This document shows, piece by piece, positions 29,980-42,756 of a stretch of DNA of 64,000 bases (its first letter is position 1; every line of letters starts with the position of its first letter). A program made the translations under genes and the position numbers. The notes below the pieces were generated by a model. It did not search any database. It was not told the DNA's origin and saw only the letters and a program-made list of their open reading frames with translations. The DNA comes from the human T2T-CHM13v2.0 reference genome, Homo sapiens, in assembly GCF_009914755.1 (NCBI RefSeq), contig NC_060925.1. One strand, 5' to 3'.

Positions 29980-32900
29980 CTATTGTATTTCCATTTTACA
30001 GATTGAGAAGCAGAGGCATTAAGAAAATTGTCCAGTGTTGTATACCCAGTTAAAAAGGCAAAGGATCCCAATCAGGAAACCCTGTGAGGAGCCTGAGATC
30101 CTACCCACTCTGCCGTGCCACCTTATGCCCAGGCTCCCTCAACTTTAGAATTTACACTGGCCCTGAATTTTGTTTTGTTTCTGTTTTTTTGTTTTCCTTG
30201 AGTTTCTTACATGCTTTTCTCTGACTTTTAATTTGTATGACATGGAAATTTTTAACCTAATTGCTGACATAGTATCTCGAGTGAACCTTACTGGATAATT
30301 TCTTGGCTTTCTTGGTCCCAACTTCCAGTCTTCTTTCGCTGCCCCCCCAGCCACCAGCCCCAGCACATGCAAGTGTCCCGTCTTCCCCTACTGTTTATGT
30401 TCACAGCTCTGTTCCTTTGTAACTATCTGAATAACGCCTCTTCTCAAATGAAGATCACTGCCTCTGCCTACTTATTCATTGACTCAGCAGCAGAGCTTCA
30501 TTTAGAGTAACATAGGAAAAGCAGGGAGTTGCAGGTCTGCAAAGGGGGAGATTAAAGTGCCCTGAGCCTGATATGTGTGGCTTCAGGGTCCCCCTGACTC
30601 CTCTTCCTGGCTTACATGGGGCCAGTTGAGCTGCTTGTCACATATCTGTTTCCCCCAGTTTTGGACACATACTTCCTTAAAACAAGGTTGTTGAATTTAA
30701 CAACACTTGATGGAAGCTTTGGGGAGCACTGAATACTAAACTGAGAGTAAGTGACTAGTTTTAAGGCCTCACATTGAACCTCCCAGGAGGCATCATGCAG
30801 TAGTGATGTGGCCAGGAACGGAGGATTATCTCAGTCACCACCACACCTCCAAGCTCCCCACTGCCTGGCTCCAGAGAAAGAGAAGAGAACTCCTTTATCC
30901 CTCTAAAGCCCACCTAATTTCCTGCCTGAGGATAATTGTCTGAGAAGATTCTATTTCTTTAAGGGAAATTCTCACATCTACCCAGAGAATGCAGCCAGAC
31001 CTCCTGGCCCAGGAGAAAAACAATGGCTCTGTTCAACCAGTACATTTAAGTCTGTCGAATCCACCATAACTTCACCTTTGAGACAGCAAAATTCAGTCCT
31101 GGTTGTGTGCACAAGCTCAGTCTGGTTCCTCTTCACAGCATTTTCTCCAGTGAGAGGATAAGAGATCAGAGCACCACACTCCTCCTTGTGCCCTGCACTC
31201 TTCTTATTTCCTATGAGCAAGTGCTTGGGCAAAAAGATGCATGTATCTACCAAGGACAAGTCAGCATTTTCAGGAATAAGGCAGCATACATTGCAATTTA
31301 CTGGGGAATCTCCCTAGACGTGTGGATGTGCAAACGAGGCATCAGACTTACGTCACTAACCAGAAAGCTTACCATCTCAAGCTGAAGTCCCTGCACTTGG
31401 CTATTTCACAGGATCAGGGCATTCCCAACAAGAGTGGATAGGTACTTGCATTATATATTGCATAAAGGAAAAGTTCACCAAAGTGATTTTCAGAACTAAG
31501 GTAGACTTTGCCACACAGATCTAATCCAATGGTGATGTTGCTGGCAGAACTGCCAATCGGTTTCATTAACACTAAAGTACATTTTTACCAAATAAATGTC
31601 CCTATTTAATGTAAGTGCTTATATTTAGAAAAGAAATGAGAAGTGGAATTATTTTACGTGCTTGCAATGTAGAAACCGAAGCTCAGAGAAATTAGACAAT
31701 AGGTCTAAACCAACCCTGTGCTTCCCCAAGTGAAATAACACCAGGTTCATGAGGAACTCCTGGGTCAGCAGCAGAAGCACTCCTTCTCCCAGCCTCAGCA
31801 CATTGCCTATGACCCTTGAGGATGTTTCTGATGAGGTGAAAGACTGATCGCATAGCCAGGGAAGAAGATATATCCAGAGACCTGGCCAGGTGATTGCTTT
31901 CGGCAGGGAAAGAGCCCTTTCTAAACAAGTGACCGGAATGTAAAAATCAGGGTCAGACACTTCAAATCAAATCATCCACAAATGCAGAAACCAAGGATGG
32001 ATACACATTGGTCTTGGTTAAAAGTAGAGACTCAAATCTGGGGTACTTGGGGATGGGGGAACAGCCTTGGAATGCAGAGTCACAGCCACGGGAGCTGGGA
32101 ATGAGTTTGTTAAACCTGACTCACCAATGATGGAGGGCAGAGCTGGGTATGGAGCCAATGTCAGGCTCAGGAGAAGAATGTCGAGGAAGGAGAAAAGCCC
32201 AAGGTACAGGTTCACAGGTCAGGACAGACTACAGACAGAGAGGCTGGTCTGGCATAGCTGAGAGTGTCTTGACGGACTTAAATCCCTAGAGCCACCCTTG
32301 GAAGCACCTGTTCCTCCTGGCTCAGTCTGGCGGGTTGTGGGGCCAGTCTGCCTGCTTCCTGGCAGGGTCCTGACACCAATCAATGGTGACTGCACAGTCC
32401 CCCCACACATGAAACAGAGGGCACTCTGTTAGGCAGATTCACTGTCAACCTTGTATCTTACTCTTTGTCATAAAGCTCTTGTGTTTACCACTGCATTAAA
32501 TATAACCCTGCAATAGAAAAATCCTCATTTTCATGCTTGAAATACATTATCTAATGGCATATCTATTTGACTTTTACTACATGCCTTTCATTCCTCTGAG
32601 GTAATTGACCTTTACTTTGCTACCCTGTGGATTAAAAGGCTACCACACACTCTGCATTTGATATTTCCAGTCCTGCAGGAGAGGCAATTTCCATTTGCTT
32701 TTGTTGCAAGGCTGCTCTTCAGGCGGGTCCTCAAATGAAGGGAAACCTCAAGGTCTGGAACTGCATCGTGGCAGTTATTGTCAGCATCATGTGGTTTTTA
32801 TTTTAAAAAGCACATGTCGCTTCATTTCTATGGTCATCTCTACGGAATTGTAAAGACCTATAAGACTTCCAGAACCTTCCACCTTCGTTTCAGATGCTAT

Positions 32901-33189
32901 ATCCTCACTCTCTGAGGATCAGGGATCAACAGTGGCCTTCAGATTTGATTCAAGCACCTGAAAGTTTAAAATTGTGTCCAAACTACACAATTCATGAGAG
33001 ATAAAAACATGAATGGTATTAGTCATATCCTAAGCTGCCAGCCATATAGATCCAGAAACCTTTCATGTGATAATTTAGCAATACTGTTACAAAGAACTCT
33101 GCAAGTCAGGAATTTGGAGATCTTGGCTTTCTCTAGTGCCCTATCAGCCCTCCTTCCCACAACCAAAATAATAACAAGAATAATGAAGG

Positions 33190-33400
33190 TGGTAATAATG
33201 ATAGCAAGCACTATGTGTCAGGTACTATTTTTTAAATACTTCAAAGATAATAATTTGTTATTCTTAACAACCTAATAATGTAGGTACTGTTAAAATCCAG
33301 TTTTACAGATGAGGAAATTAAGATACATAAAAGTTAAGCAACCTGCTAGCAGGTGGTAAAGCAAGTGGAATTCAAATTGGAGCATTTTGGACTTGAGATA
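33190..33400 (-). mobile_element. MIR
   Basis: ttttacagatgaggaaattaag core. Confidence 0.7.
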
Positions 33401-34382
33401 GAAGACCAGGATACAAGAGAAGGAAAGAACATCAATAAAGATGCTATTCTCAGAACTATCTCCCTGGGGTGGGAAAAAATACTGGAGTATTTATCCTCAA
33501 ACATCTGTTTCTTTGAGAGTTGCTCCTGGGAAGTTAAATCACCTCTGGCCTGTTCAACTTGACTGGCCAAGCATCAAGCATGTTAAGGCAAAAGGCAGAG
33601 ACTATGAAGCTGACTGTTGGGAGAACTGTCTGCAGTGACCTTCAGGGGAGGCCACAGGAAAATTTGAAAGGCAATGATGCTACCCACTTTTTATTTTTTC
33701 AAGCACAAAACCCTAATTAATCTCTCTTTTTTTTCCATCAAATGATTTTTGATAACCTGTTAAAGCCATAGCAGAAATTTTTGGCAAATAAAGCAAGGCA
33801 AAGTGATCTCCATTTTCAAACACTTAAAAGATGAAAGTTGCCTTACTTTGTTTAAAGTATTGCTAATAGGACTTGGGGGAGATGGGAGAAGGAGGTGTGT
33901 GGAGAAGAGCTAAGTCATTATGTTATCACTTTAAAACCAGTTTGGCTTTATATTCTGTTACACATATACTCCCTAGGGATGATTTTTTTCTTTATCTGTA
34001 AAATAGGGATAGTGATACTTTCTTGTATCTCTCTCATAAAGCTGCTGTATAAATGAAGTAAAACACCATTACACTGTTAGGAAAATGTATTCTTATGAAG
34101 GCATGTTTAAACATGAAGTAGTTCAATAGTGCTAGCTAATTTACTATTGTTATTATTATTTCTCTGATCCTGGTTTTCATATTTCCACAGCGAGGAGATA
34201 GAATTAGATAATTTTTTCCAGCAAGTGTTTATTAAGAGCTTACTGCACACCAGGCGCCATGGAAGGCCTTGCTCAGGACCTGGGGATTCAGCCCTGCCTG
34301 TCCCCTGACCATACCCTGACCATCCCCTGCTGGTCCCTTACCCTCAAGAAGCTCATAGTCCTGGTTCCTTTCCTCCACACTA

Positions 34383-34461
34383 CTGTTAAATATAAAACAA
34401 AACACTTCTGTTAAATATAAAACAAAAATATTTAACACTTCTGTTAAATATAAAACAAAAA
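34383..34461. repeat. Three copies of ctgttaaatataaaacaaaa with an inverted spacer
   Basis: Copies start at 34383, 34408 and 34441. Confidence 0.95.
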
Positions 34462-34882
34462 TGAGAAAATCTGATGACCCTGGAGTATGAGTTGAAACAT
34501 CAGGTCCCTTTCATCTGTTTGTTTTGCTTGTTCATCAATGGTTCAATGCTCAGAAATAGTAAAAACTTAACCACAGGGTCCTCTATATTGTGAGTATTAA
34601 ACAACTATTTTATAAATGATTGATTATGACATCAGATAGGACCTAAAACTTATCAAGTACCTACTCATGTGGTGTTGATGGTGGCACTTGACATGTTATG
34701 TCATTCAAAAGTCACAATAAAACCAAATGAAGAGCTTATTGTCATCTCTATTTTACAGATAAGGAGCTAGACCTAGAGAAGCAAAGTCACTAGCCTAAGG
34801 TCAAACAGCTTTTAAAGTGATAAAGGGCAGAGTCAAATCCAGTTTTCTCTAACTCCAAAATATAGCACCTTTCTCTTTAACT

Positions 34883-34908
34883 AAAAAAAAAAAAAAAAAA
34901 AAAAAAAA
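34883..34908 (+). repeat. poly(A)26 tract
   Basis: Read directly. Confidence 0.95.
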
Positions 34909-35185
34909 GTCACTTTATTTTAACTAATTTGTTTCGTAAGCATTGCATAAGATTAGAACTAGAATGGGCTTTGAAATTAGCATATTCTAATGCCTGCCTC
35001 CTAGTGATATCATTTCTCCATTTTCCAAAGCTAAATGCTAGGTAGAAAACTCTGGTTGATCCAGATCATGTTTTCAGGCCAGGCCATAAGTTGCAGATTG
35101 CTGCTCAATCCATTGTTTTGCATCCAGTCTAGCTCATTCAGGTTGGGAGGTGAAGTAACGTGATGTACTCTGTGCTGTAGTCAGG

Positions 35186-35757
35186 TATGTTAGTTAGCAT
35201 CTTTGGGTTGCAAGTGTTAGAAAAATAATCCAAACCAGTTTAAACAAAATAGAGATTATTTGGCTTACATAACTAGGAATCCAGGACACAGCTAGATTCA
35301 GACAGGCTGGATCATGGGCTACATAAAGTCATCAGGACATTGACCCTGGCTCTTGCTTCTGCTCTCTTCTGTCTTGGCTTTATTCTAAGCCGGGATTCTC
35401 CATGTCATGGCCAAAATGATGACCAGTTCCAAGTTTACCTTCTATCAGGTTGGCAGTATTGTAATTAAAAGGACTTGTCTCTCCCATGATCTCAGCAAAG
35501 GCCCCAGGGCCAATTTTCATAGTTGGTTTCAAAATTGAACCAATCACAATGGTTGGTTCAATTTTCCTTGAACCAACCATTGTGTCAGGAAGATAGAATG
35601 GATTGATGGGCTGAACCTGGCTTCTCTGTTCTCCCTGATTGCTGGAAGTTGGGAATTGCTTAACCTGAGAATGAGGAAGAGTGGTCCCAAAGGGTTGTTA
35701 TCAAAGAAGGAAGAAGGTATTGGGGTGTGCAAAAGCTACAGCATGCAACCTCACTAC
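35186..35757 (-). mobile_element. Old MLT1-type MaLR LTR
   Basis: gttagcatctttgggttgcaagt...ttatttggcttacataactagg...ccttgaaccaaccattgtgtcagg. Confidence 0.65.
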
Positions 35758-38694
35758 AACTTAGATATTGCCAGAAGGTGGGGACAGTCAAGGAGCCAAT
35801 GTGAGACATTTTTCAACATAGATCAAACCCTTTAAATTTCAAAGAAATTAGCCCCAGAAAGCCAGCCCAGCCCAACTAGTGAATCAGCTAGTTAGTGTCT
35901 CTTGATCGTATATCATTTGACTCTAAAAATGTGACATTGATCCATGTTAAATTATTTTAAATTTCACTTTTCATTAAAACATTTGTACACACTTTGTGCA
36001 GACTCCATTTTGGAATATTTAACCAGATAGACAGAAAGATTGCAGGCATTGACTATAATTATGACAGTGTCAAGAAGTCCAGTAGTCACTATCTGGTTAT
36101 TTTTTTCTTGGCCATGTCCTATCTGTTGTATCATTTCAGACATCATTGCTGTTCTTCATTTCTCTTTTCAGGGTTCTTTGTGTCTTTGCTTTAAAACCTT
36201 TGTTTCTATTCTTAAGTGGCACAGTTTGGGTCATTGGTCTTGACAAATAAGATCAGATTCCTTTGGTGGGCTTGGGTTTTTGGTTTTGTTTTCCCTTTTC
36301 CTCTCTCTCTCTCTCTCTCTTTATTTTTTGTTTTGTTTTTGGTCTTTAAAACTTCAACTTTTCCAAGGCTTATTAACAAAAGTAGGCCACCAAATAAGAG
36401 GAAAAAAAAAAAGAGCTTTGCTAGGTGCACTCTTCTCTATTGGAAATTATTTTATTTCTCAGAAAAGGGAGAATTAGAAGAAAGCTATTTTCCCCAATTT
36501 TCCATACCACCCATGGGAATCCAATTCAATTTCCTCTCAAATTTTGTAGTAAAAACTAAAAGTATGGAATAAAGTTGCTGGAGTGTAGTATTCTTTTACA
36601 CAGATTTGATGTTTTAAAATTCTTAGTCATAGAGCTATTTACTCAGCCTGATCCATTTCTAATCAGAGTGTAATATAACCATTTGATGAAATAATCTTTT
36701 TTTAAGTAGACAAGTATACATATTTAAGAGATATCAAAACCTTACCTGATAATCTAGCCTGATAGAAGAGGGCTATGGAGTCAGATGGCTCACAGCTCTC
36801 TAGCCAGAGCCTGCCTGAACTCTGTGGCTTTGCAAAACCCAAGAGAGCATTAGGTTTATTCTTGCTCTATTTTTCTTTTCTCACAGTTTCCCCTATAAAA
36901 AATTATATTGTTTAATCCAAGGAAGTATATAAGAAATTATCATGGTATAGTTCACATCAAATCAGAAATAAAAACCTAAATGAAAGAAATATTTCACTTA
37001 TGTGGTTCTATAAAGAGAAAAAAAGAAAGAGATCTAATATAGAAGTTGGTTACCATAAACCACAGAATGGATGAATATGTGTGAAAATAGCTTGAATACA
37101 TCACAAATCTTTATAAGCTCTAGGACTATTTTATTTATCTTCATAGCAGTCCTACATTATAGCTAATAATAATAGTCTTGAGTTACACAGAAGGAAGCTG
37201 AGACTCAGTTGGATGCACCCAGCAGGTTAATGAGAGAGCCAGGACTTGAACTCAGCCCCTTTTGTCACCAGAGTCCAAGCTCTTAACACTATGTTACCCT
37301 ATTCCTCTTATAGACTCTGGTTACTTGAACGTTGTTCATTTGTATTTCTGGGGCTGGAATACCCTAAACTTTCTGTTTCCTCAAAAGGACGTAGAATATA
37401 AAAGTTTGCCACACCTGTGCATATATTAAGCACCTAGTTTTGTTAATGCTGTTAATTGCTTATTGGCCTTGGGTTCACTTAGTTTTAATTTAACAAGCCT
37501 TTTGCCTACCAGTCTTCGGATAGATTGGTTTTGTGGAGAACGGTTGCAATCTGGATTGTAGTAATTATCTTGTTATGTCTTTTATCCTTCAGCACTCCTT
37601 ATCTAACCAGATTCCTCATGAGTTTAGCAAATGGTCACGGAGCACCATCATATTCCTGCACCAATCTTGAGCAGTTCATTATCTCAAACTTATAAGCTCC
37701 TATCTTCATTTTATAGTCATGGTACTCTAGCCTCCCTTGCAAGCTTAGAAATAGAATAGGGCAACTTTTACTATTATCTAATAGAACCAGCAGTTTACTG
37801 AATCATGTAATCTGATGCTTCACTATACTCAAGTTTAGAGGCTCAAGTAAGGTTTAAATGGAATTTTAGATAATTTTTTTAAATGCCAAGATGTCTAACT
37901 CATTTATTGCCTAAATGTACAAGAAGACTTTCTGGTCCTTGTTCCATCAACTTCTGGGGCAAGCCAATTGCTCTCTCTCTCTCTATATATATGACCACAG
38001 CATCCCACTGTCCATGAAGAAATGATCAAAATCTCAGTTTTTAGTTTACATTCCCAGAGGAAACTGCATAGCAGTCGATTTCTCTGTTTATTTGTTTTTT
38101 CTTTATAGTCTATACCAGTCAGTTTCCAAAGATAATTTTCTCAAGAACAGAGCCCAAGACAAGAAAATCCCATCAACCAGGAGCTATATTAGGTACTCAT
38201 TATACTTGTGAAAGAATGAGCTCAAGAACTCTATGGAAACCTGGCCTCTGGGTTTGCAGAGAGGCTGCCTAGAGCCCTAATGCCCCTTCTTTCATGTATG
38301 CTTCTCCTATAATACAGGAATTCGTATGCAAATTGGCTGTTGTCCTCTTTGTTGGTCTGTTGACATGTGGCTGCTTTCAAAAAATTATAAGAAGATATCT
38401 ATTTCACATTAAACTTTGGTCATTGCATATTTTGGAAAAATACATCTTCTAAAAACATTTTTGCTTAGCAGGGATAACTACTGTCAAACTCTGGGTTTTT
38501 ATTAATAAAGAATGGAATCATAGAATGCTGAACAGATTGGAGTCTTCTCTTTCCTCTGGTATCAGGATCAGGCCAGGCACACTTGACATTTCATGATCTA
38601 GGCTTTTGCTGTAATATTGTACTTAATTATACAAGTGATGATAATAATAGCTTATATTTATTAAGTGATTAATATATACCAGGCCCTGTGTTCA

Positions 38695-39172
38695 GATATC
38701 AGTTGTGGGAAGACAGACTCACGTTAACAGTGCCCTAGGACTGGGATCGTGGCCTCTGCTCCATATACCCACTTTGACACACGTTCCCTAATTACAGTGG
38801 AAGTTGTCTGAGGGCTGGGATTCAGTCCCCTCACCGCCACGCCACTACTCTCTGGTCTCTGCCATAGTCCATGTGGTCCTGGTCTCTGCCATAGTCCATG
38901 TGGTCCTGGTCTCTGCCATAGTCCATGTGGTCCATGATGGCTCCACACTGTGTTCTTATTCCAGGAAATAAATGAGAAATTGAGGAATGAGTTTCACAGA
39001 CGCCATGCCTGCTAATACCCCATCGGTCAGAACATAGTCATATGGCCACACCTAGCTAGAGAAGGTGTTGAGAGGTGTTATCTTTATACTGGTGACTGTG
39101 TACCCAGCTAAAACTGTGCTGTTGTGAGGAAAAAAAAAAAAAAGATTATATATCAGTTACCAGTCTTGGCCT
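38695..39172 (-). mobile_element. Old MLT1-type LTR inserted in a MIR
   Basis: ggtcagaacatagtcatatggccacacctagct...tgtgtacccagctaaaa; MIR halves on either side. Confidence 0.6.
38852..38932. repeat. Perfect 27-bp x3 minisatellite (ctggtctctgccatagtccatgtggtc)
   Basis: Identical units start at 38852, 38879 and 38906. Confidence 0.98.
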
Positions 39173-39600
39173 CATTGTGTCATATCATTTAATGCTCCTA
39201 ACAACCCCTTTTGTAGGTATCTTATTATCCTCATTTTACAGAGTAAGTAAATTGAGCTTAAGGAACTTGCCTAAAACTTCCTGCTGCACAGGGCTACATG
39301 ATTCCAGGGCTGAAACTTTTATCCACTGTTTTCTATTCTATTTTGGATAAATGCCATACTTTTAAGAATTTTGTTTTTTTTTTTAATGTACAATTCAGTG
39401 GTTTTTAGTATATTCAAAATGTTGTGCAACCATCACCACTGTCTAATTCCAGAACATTTTTATCACTCAAAAAGCCCCTATCCATCAACAGTCACTCCCC
39501 ATGTGCCCCTCGTGCCCCTCTCCCCATCTCCTGGCATCCACTAATCTACTTTCTGTCTCTATAGACTTGCCTATTCTGGACATTTCATATGAAGGAAACT

Positions 39601-39699
39601 GTATATATACATATATATACTTATATGTATGTATATATATATACACATATATATACTTATATGTATGTATATATATATATGTGTATATATATATATATA
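39601..39699. repeat. Compound (TA/CA/TG)n tract with a duplicated higher-order unit
   Basis: catatatatacttatatgtatgtatatatat occurs twice. Confidence 0.93.
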
Positions 39700-40005
39700 T
39701 TTTTTTTTTTTCTTCCTTTGAAATGGGGTTTCACTCTTGTTGCCCAGACTGGAGTTCAATGGCATGATCTCGGCTCACTGCAGCCTACACCTCTTGGATT
39801 CAAGCTATTCTTCTGTCTCAGCCCTCTGAGTAGCTGGGATTACAGGCGCCCGCCACCAGGCCCAGCTAACTTTTTTTTGTATTTTTAGTAGAGATGGGGT
39901 TTCGCCATGTTGGCCAGGCTGGTCTTGAACTCCTGACCTCAAGTGATCTGCCTGCCTCGGCCTCCCAAAGTGCTGGGATTACAGGCGTGTGCCACCACTC
40001 CTGGC
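39700..40005 (-). mobile_element. AluSp/Sq-like SINE
   Basis: Reverse Alu body. Confidence 0.93.
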
Positions 40006-40938
40006 AGGAAATCAGATATTACGTGGCCTTTTGTGTCTGACATTTTTCACATAGCACAATGCTTCCAAGGTTAATTCATGCTGTAGCATGTATCAGTACT
40101 TCATTCTTTTTTATGGCAGAATAATATTCCATTGTATGGATATACTGAATTTTGTTTATCTATTCATCAGTTGATGGACATTGGGTTGTGTTCACTTTTT
40201 GGCTATTATGAATAATGTTGCTTTTAATATTTGCGTACAAGTTTTTATGTGGACATATTTTCAGTTCTCTTGGATAAATACCTAGATGTAAAATTTATGG
40301 GTCATATGGTAACTGTATCTTTTTGAGGAACTGCCAGACTATTTTGCAAAATGGCTGTACCACTTTGAAAGTGTAAAAACACATTTTATACTCCCAATAG
40401 CAATCTCTGAGGATTCCAATTTCTCCACATCCTTGCAGCATTTGTTATCATCCATCTTTGTTTTATTACAGCCATCCTAGTGTGAATCGGCGTCTCATTG
40501 TCATTTTGATTTGCATCTCCCTTAATGACAAATAATGTTGAGCATTTCTTCGTGTGCTTATTGGCTATTTGTATATCGTCTTCTTAAAATATCTATTCAG
40601 ATTCTTCACCCATTTTCTAATTGGGTTATTTGTCATTTTATAAATCAGTTGTTAGCATTCCTAATATGTTCTAAACATAAATACCATTTTAAACAGTAAG
40701 TGCAACCCATTTTGATATAGTTAAATTGTTCAGTTATTGTATGAATGCACCAATTAGTAGATTTGACAGAATTTCCAAACAAAATAATCAGTCCAGTTTG
40801 TGAGTACAGCTAGAACCTTAGTGCTAGTCCAGTTTGGGCCAAAAATTTTATTCTGGTAGAAGGGAGAGGGCTTGCATAAGCCTCAGCCATATTTTAGTTT
40901 TTCTGTTCATCAGAACTCTGACATACTGGTGAGCTCTA

Positions 40939-41093
40939 CAGTGTTTCTCAAAGCTTACTGTGCATCTAAGTCATGTGAAATCTTGTTAACGTTGCAGATT
41001 CTGCTTTAGTAAGCCTAGAGGAAGCCTGGGATTTCTAACAAGCCCTCTGCTGATACAGAAGATGCTGGTCCATGGACCACACATTGATTAGCA
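40939..41093. mobile_element. MER5-type hAT-Charlie MITE
   Basis: cagtgtttctcaaa...tgcagattctg...atttctaacaagc...gatgctggtccatggaccacac. Confidence 0.75.
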
Positions 41094-41754
41094 ACATTAG
41101 AGTATTAAGTGTTAACGTGGCTGTCTAGAACCTTGAGTCTAATTGTTATATGAACCAGATTGCTTAGTTCTAATCTCAGAGAGAGTAATGTCCTAGATCC
41201 AGCCTTTGGAATTGACTCTTGGCTGCCACTTACCAGCAGTGTGTTTCTTTGAGCAAGTTACTTTACTGCTCTCAGTCACACATCTGAAACTAACAGGTAA
41301 TTATACCTCCTTCTCAGAGTGATAATGAGGATGAGGTGAAATAATGTACATAAAGCATCTATTACAGTTCCAGGTATATGAAGGGCCTTGGTAATTGTTG
41401 GCCCTCTTTTTTCCACTTGCCTTCCGTAATAGAGACTGTCTCCCTCTGATTGTTCAGTGCAAAGGCATCATCATCACTGGAGAGACAACTAAGTGTCCCT
41501 ACCCTACTTTGTTATATTGTCATGATTAGATACAGAGAGTATTACTCTGTTTATAGTCTGTAGTTATTCTGTGTATGTTTCATCTTCTCTACTCAACAGA
41601 TTCTATGTTCTTGGGGATTAGGACTATATATTGCCTTCTGTTTGAATCCCTATGCGACCTCTCATGGTGTATCCATAGACTATCCCATTAATTAATGCCC
41701 ACAGAATGAATCAGACAGCCCAAGTCCATAGTAGTAGAGATAGTAACTATAGAA

Positions 41755-42260
41755 ATAATAAAGGAAACTAACATTTGTTAAGAACTTTGTGTCAGATACT
41801 ATCTTAAGGGCTTACATGCATCATCTGGTTCAAGCCCCACAACCGTCCTTTGAAACCCCTCCATTTCTTGCCCTTGTTTTACAGAAAAGGCAGCTGAATT
41901 TTAGCTGTACTCAGCAAGAGTGAATGCCCTCTGCAGTTGTAAGAGCAAAGTTCTGGAGGCAGGCTGCCCATGGTCTAAATCCCTGCTCCATTTTGTACCT
42001 GCTGGGATTCAGAACACTTTAATATTCAAATGCATGATCATCTGTAATCATTAGTGCAGGTCTCATGGGATTGTTGTGAGCTTGGTATGAAACAATATGT
42101 GAAAAATGCAAAAAGCAATGAGCACAATGCCAGGTGCTTAGAATTATTCAGACAATGGTAGCTTTGTTTAGTTGTTGATTTGTTAAGTTACTTATCCTGG
42201 CCTTACAGTAAGTAAGTGGCAAAGGAGGGATTTGAACTCAGGCTGTCTATTTCAGTGTCC
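41755..42260. mobile_element. Sense MIR nested in an antisense MIR
   Basis: Antisense core split by a sense copy at about 41935-42165. Confidence 0.55.
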
Positions 42261-42519
42261 CAGTGTCATAACTCATCAACTCTAAGTTATGTTGTTGCAC
42301 ATCTCCCATTTCAAGTAATGTGTTAAGGTGGGAACTGGAAATTCATGTGTCTATGTAAAGAAAGTCAAAAGTCAAGGTGGCTGCAGAGACAGAAAAAGAA
42401 TGTGAGAGGCACTGTATAATGTATCACTCTTTTAAAAAGATATTTACAAGCTCCAATATTTGTGCTAACACGTTCTCTAAAAGCATTTGTATAGCTAGTG
42501 CCAATCCAAGGGAAGAGGC

Positions 42520-42756
42520 GCAAGCAGAGGATGATCCACATTTTGGAATGCCTAAAACTTACTTCCTTTGGGGATGCAGGGACCCAAGGGGCCTCATTAA
42601 GGAAAAACCCTCATTAATAAAAATAAATAAATATCTTACTTGAGTAAATTATACCAAAGCATATTACCATGTGAACATATTGCTAGGGTCGTCCTCAGAG
42701 CCCTGAAAGGGCCCCGAAGCTAAACTTCATCCACTTCATGGTGAATCCTCCTATGG
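42520..42756 (-). mobile_element. MER53-related hAT-like fossil
   Basis: gggccccgaagctaaacttcat...cttcatggtgaatcc; ends resemble the inverted ends of the element at 57553. Confidence 0.5.

Larger units (their letters stand above)
39370..40690 (-). mobile_element. L1MB-like 3' end interrupted by (TA)n plus Alu
   Basis: gtacaattcagtggtttttagtatattc...gttgtgcaaccatcaccact...ggcagaataatattccattgtatgg. Confidence 0.85.

Noticed and set aside
34383-34461. Spaced direct repeats as a CRISPR mini-array
   Set aside because: Spacers are very short (5 and about 13 nt) and the longer one derives from the repeat itself.
38724-38948. Repetitive ORF (HGLWQRPGP)n and a CRISPR-like appearance
   Set aside because: A head-to-tail 27-bp tandem repeat with no spacers and no cas genes, in eukaryotic intron context; the frame is open only because 27 is divisible by 3.
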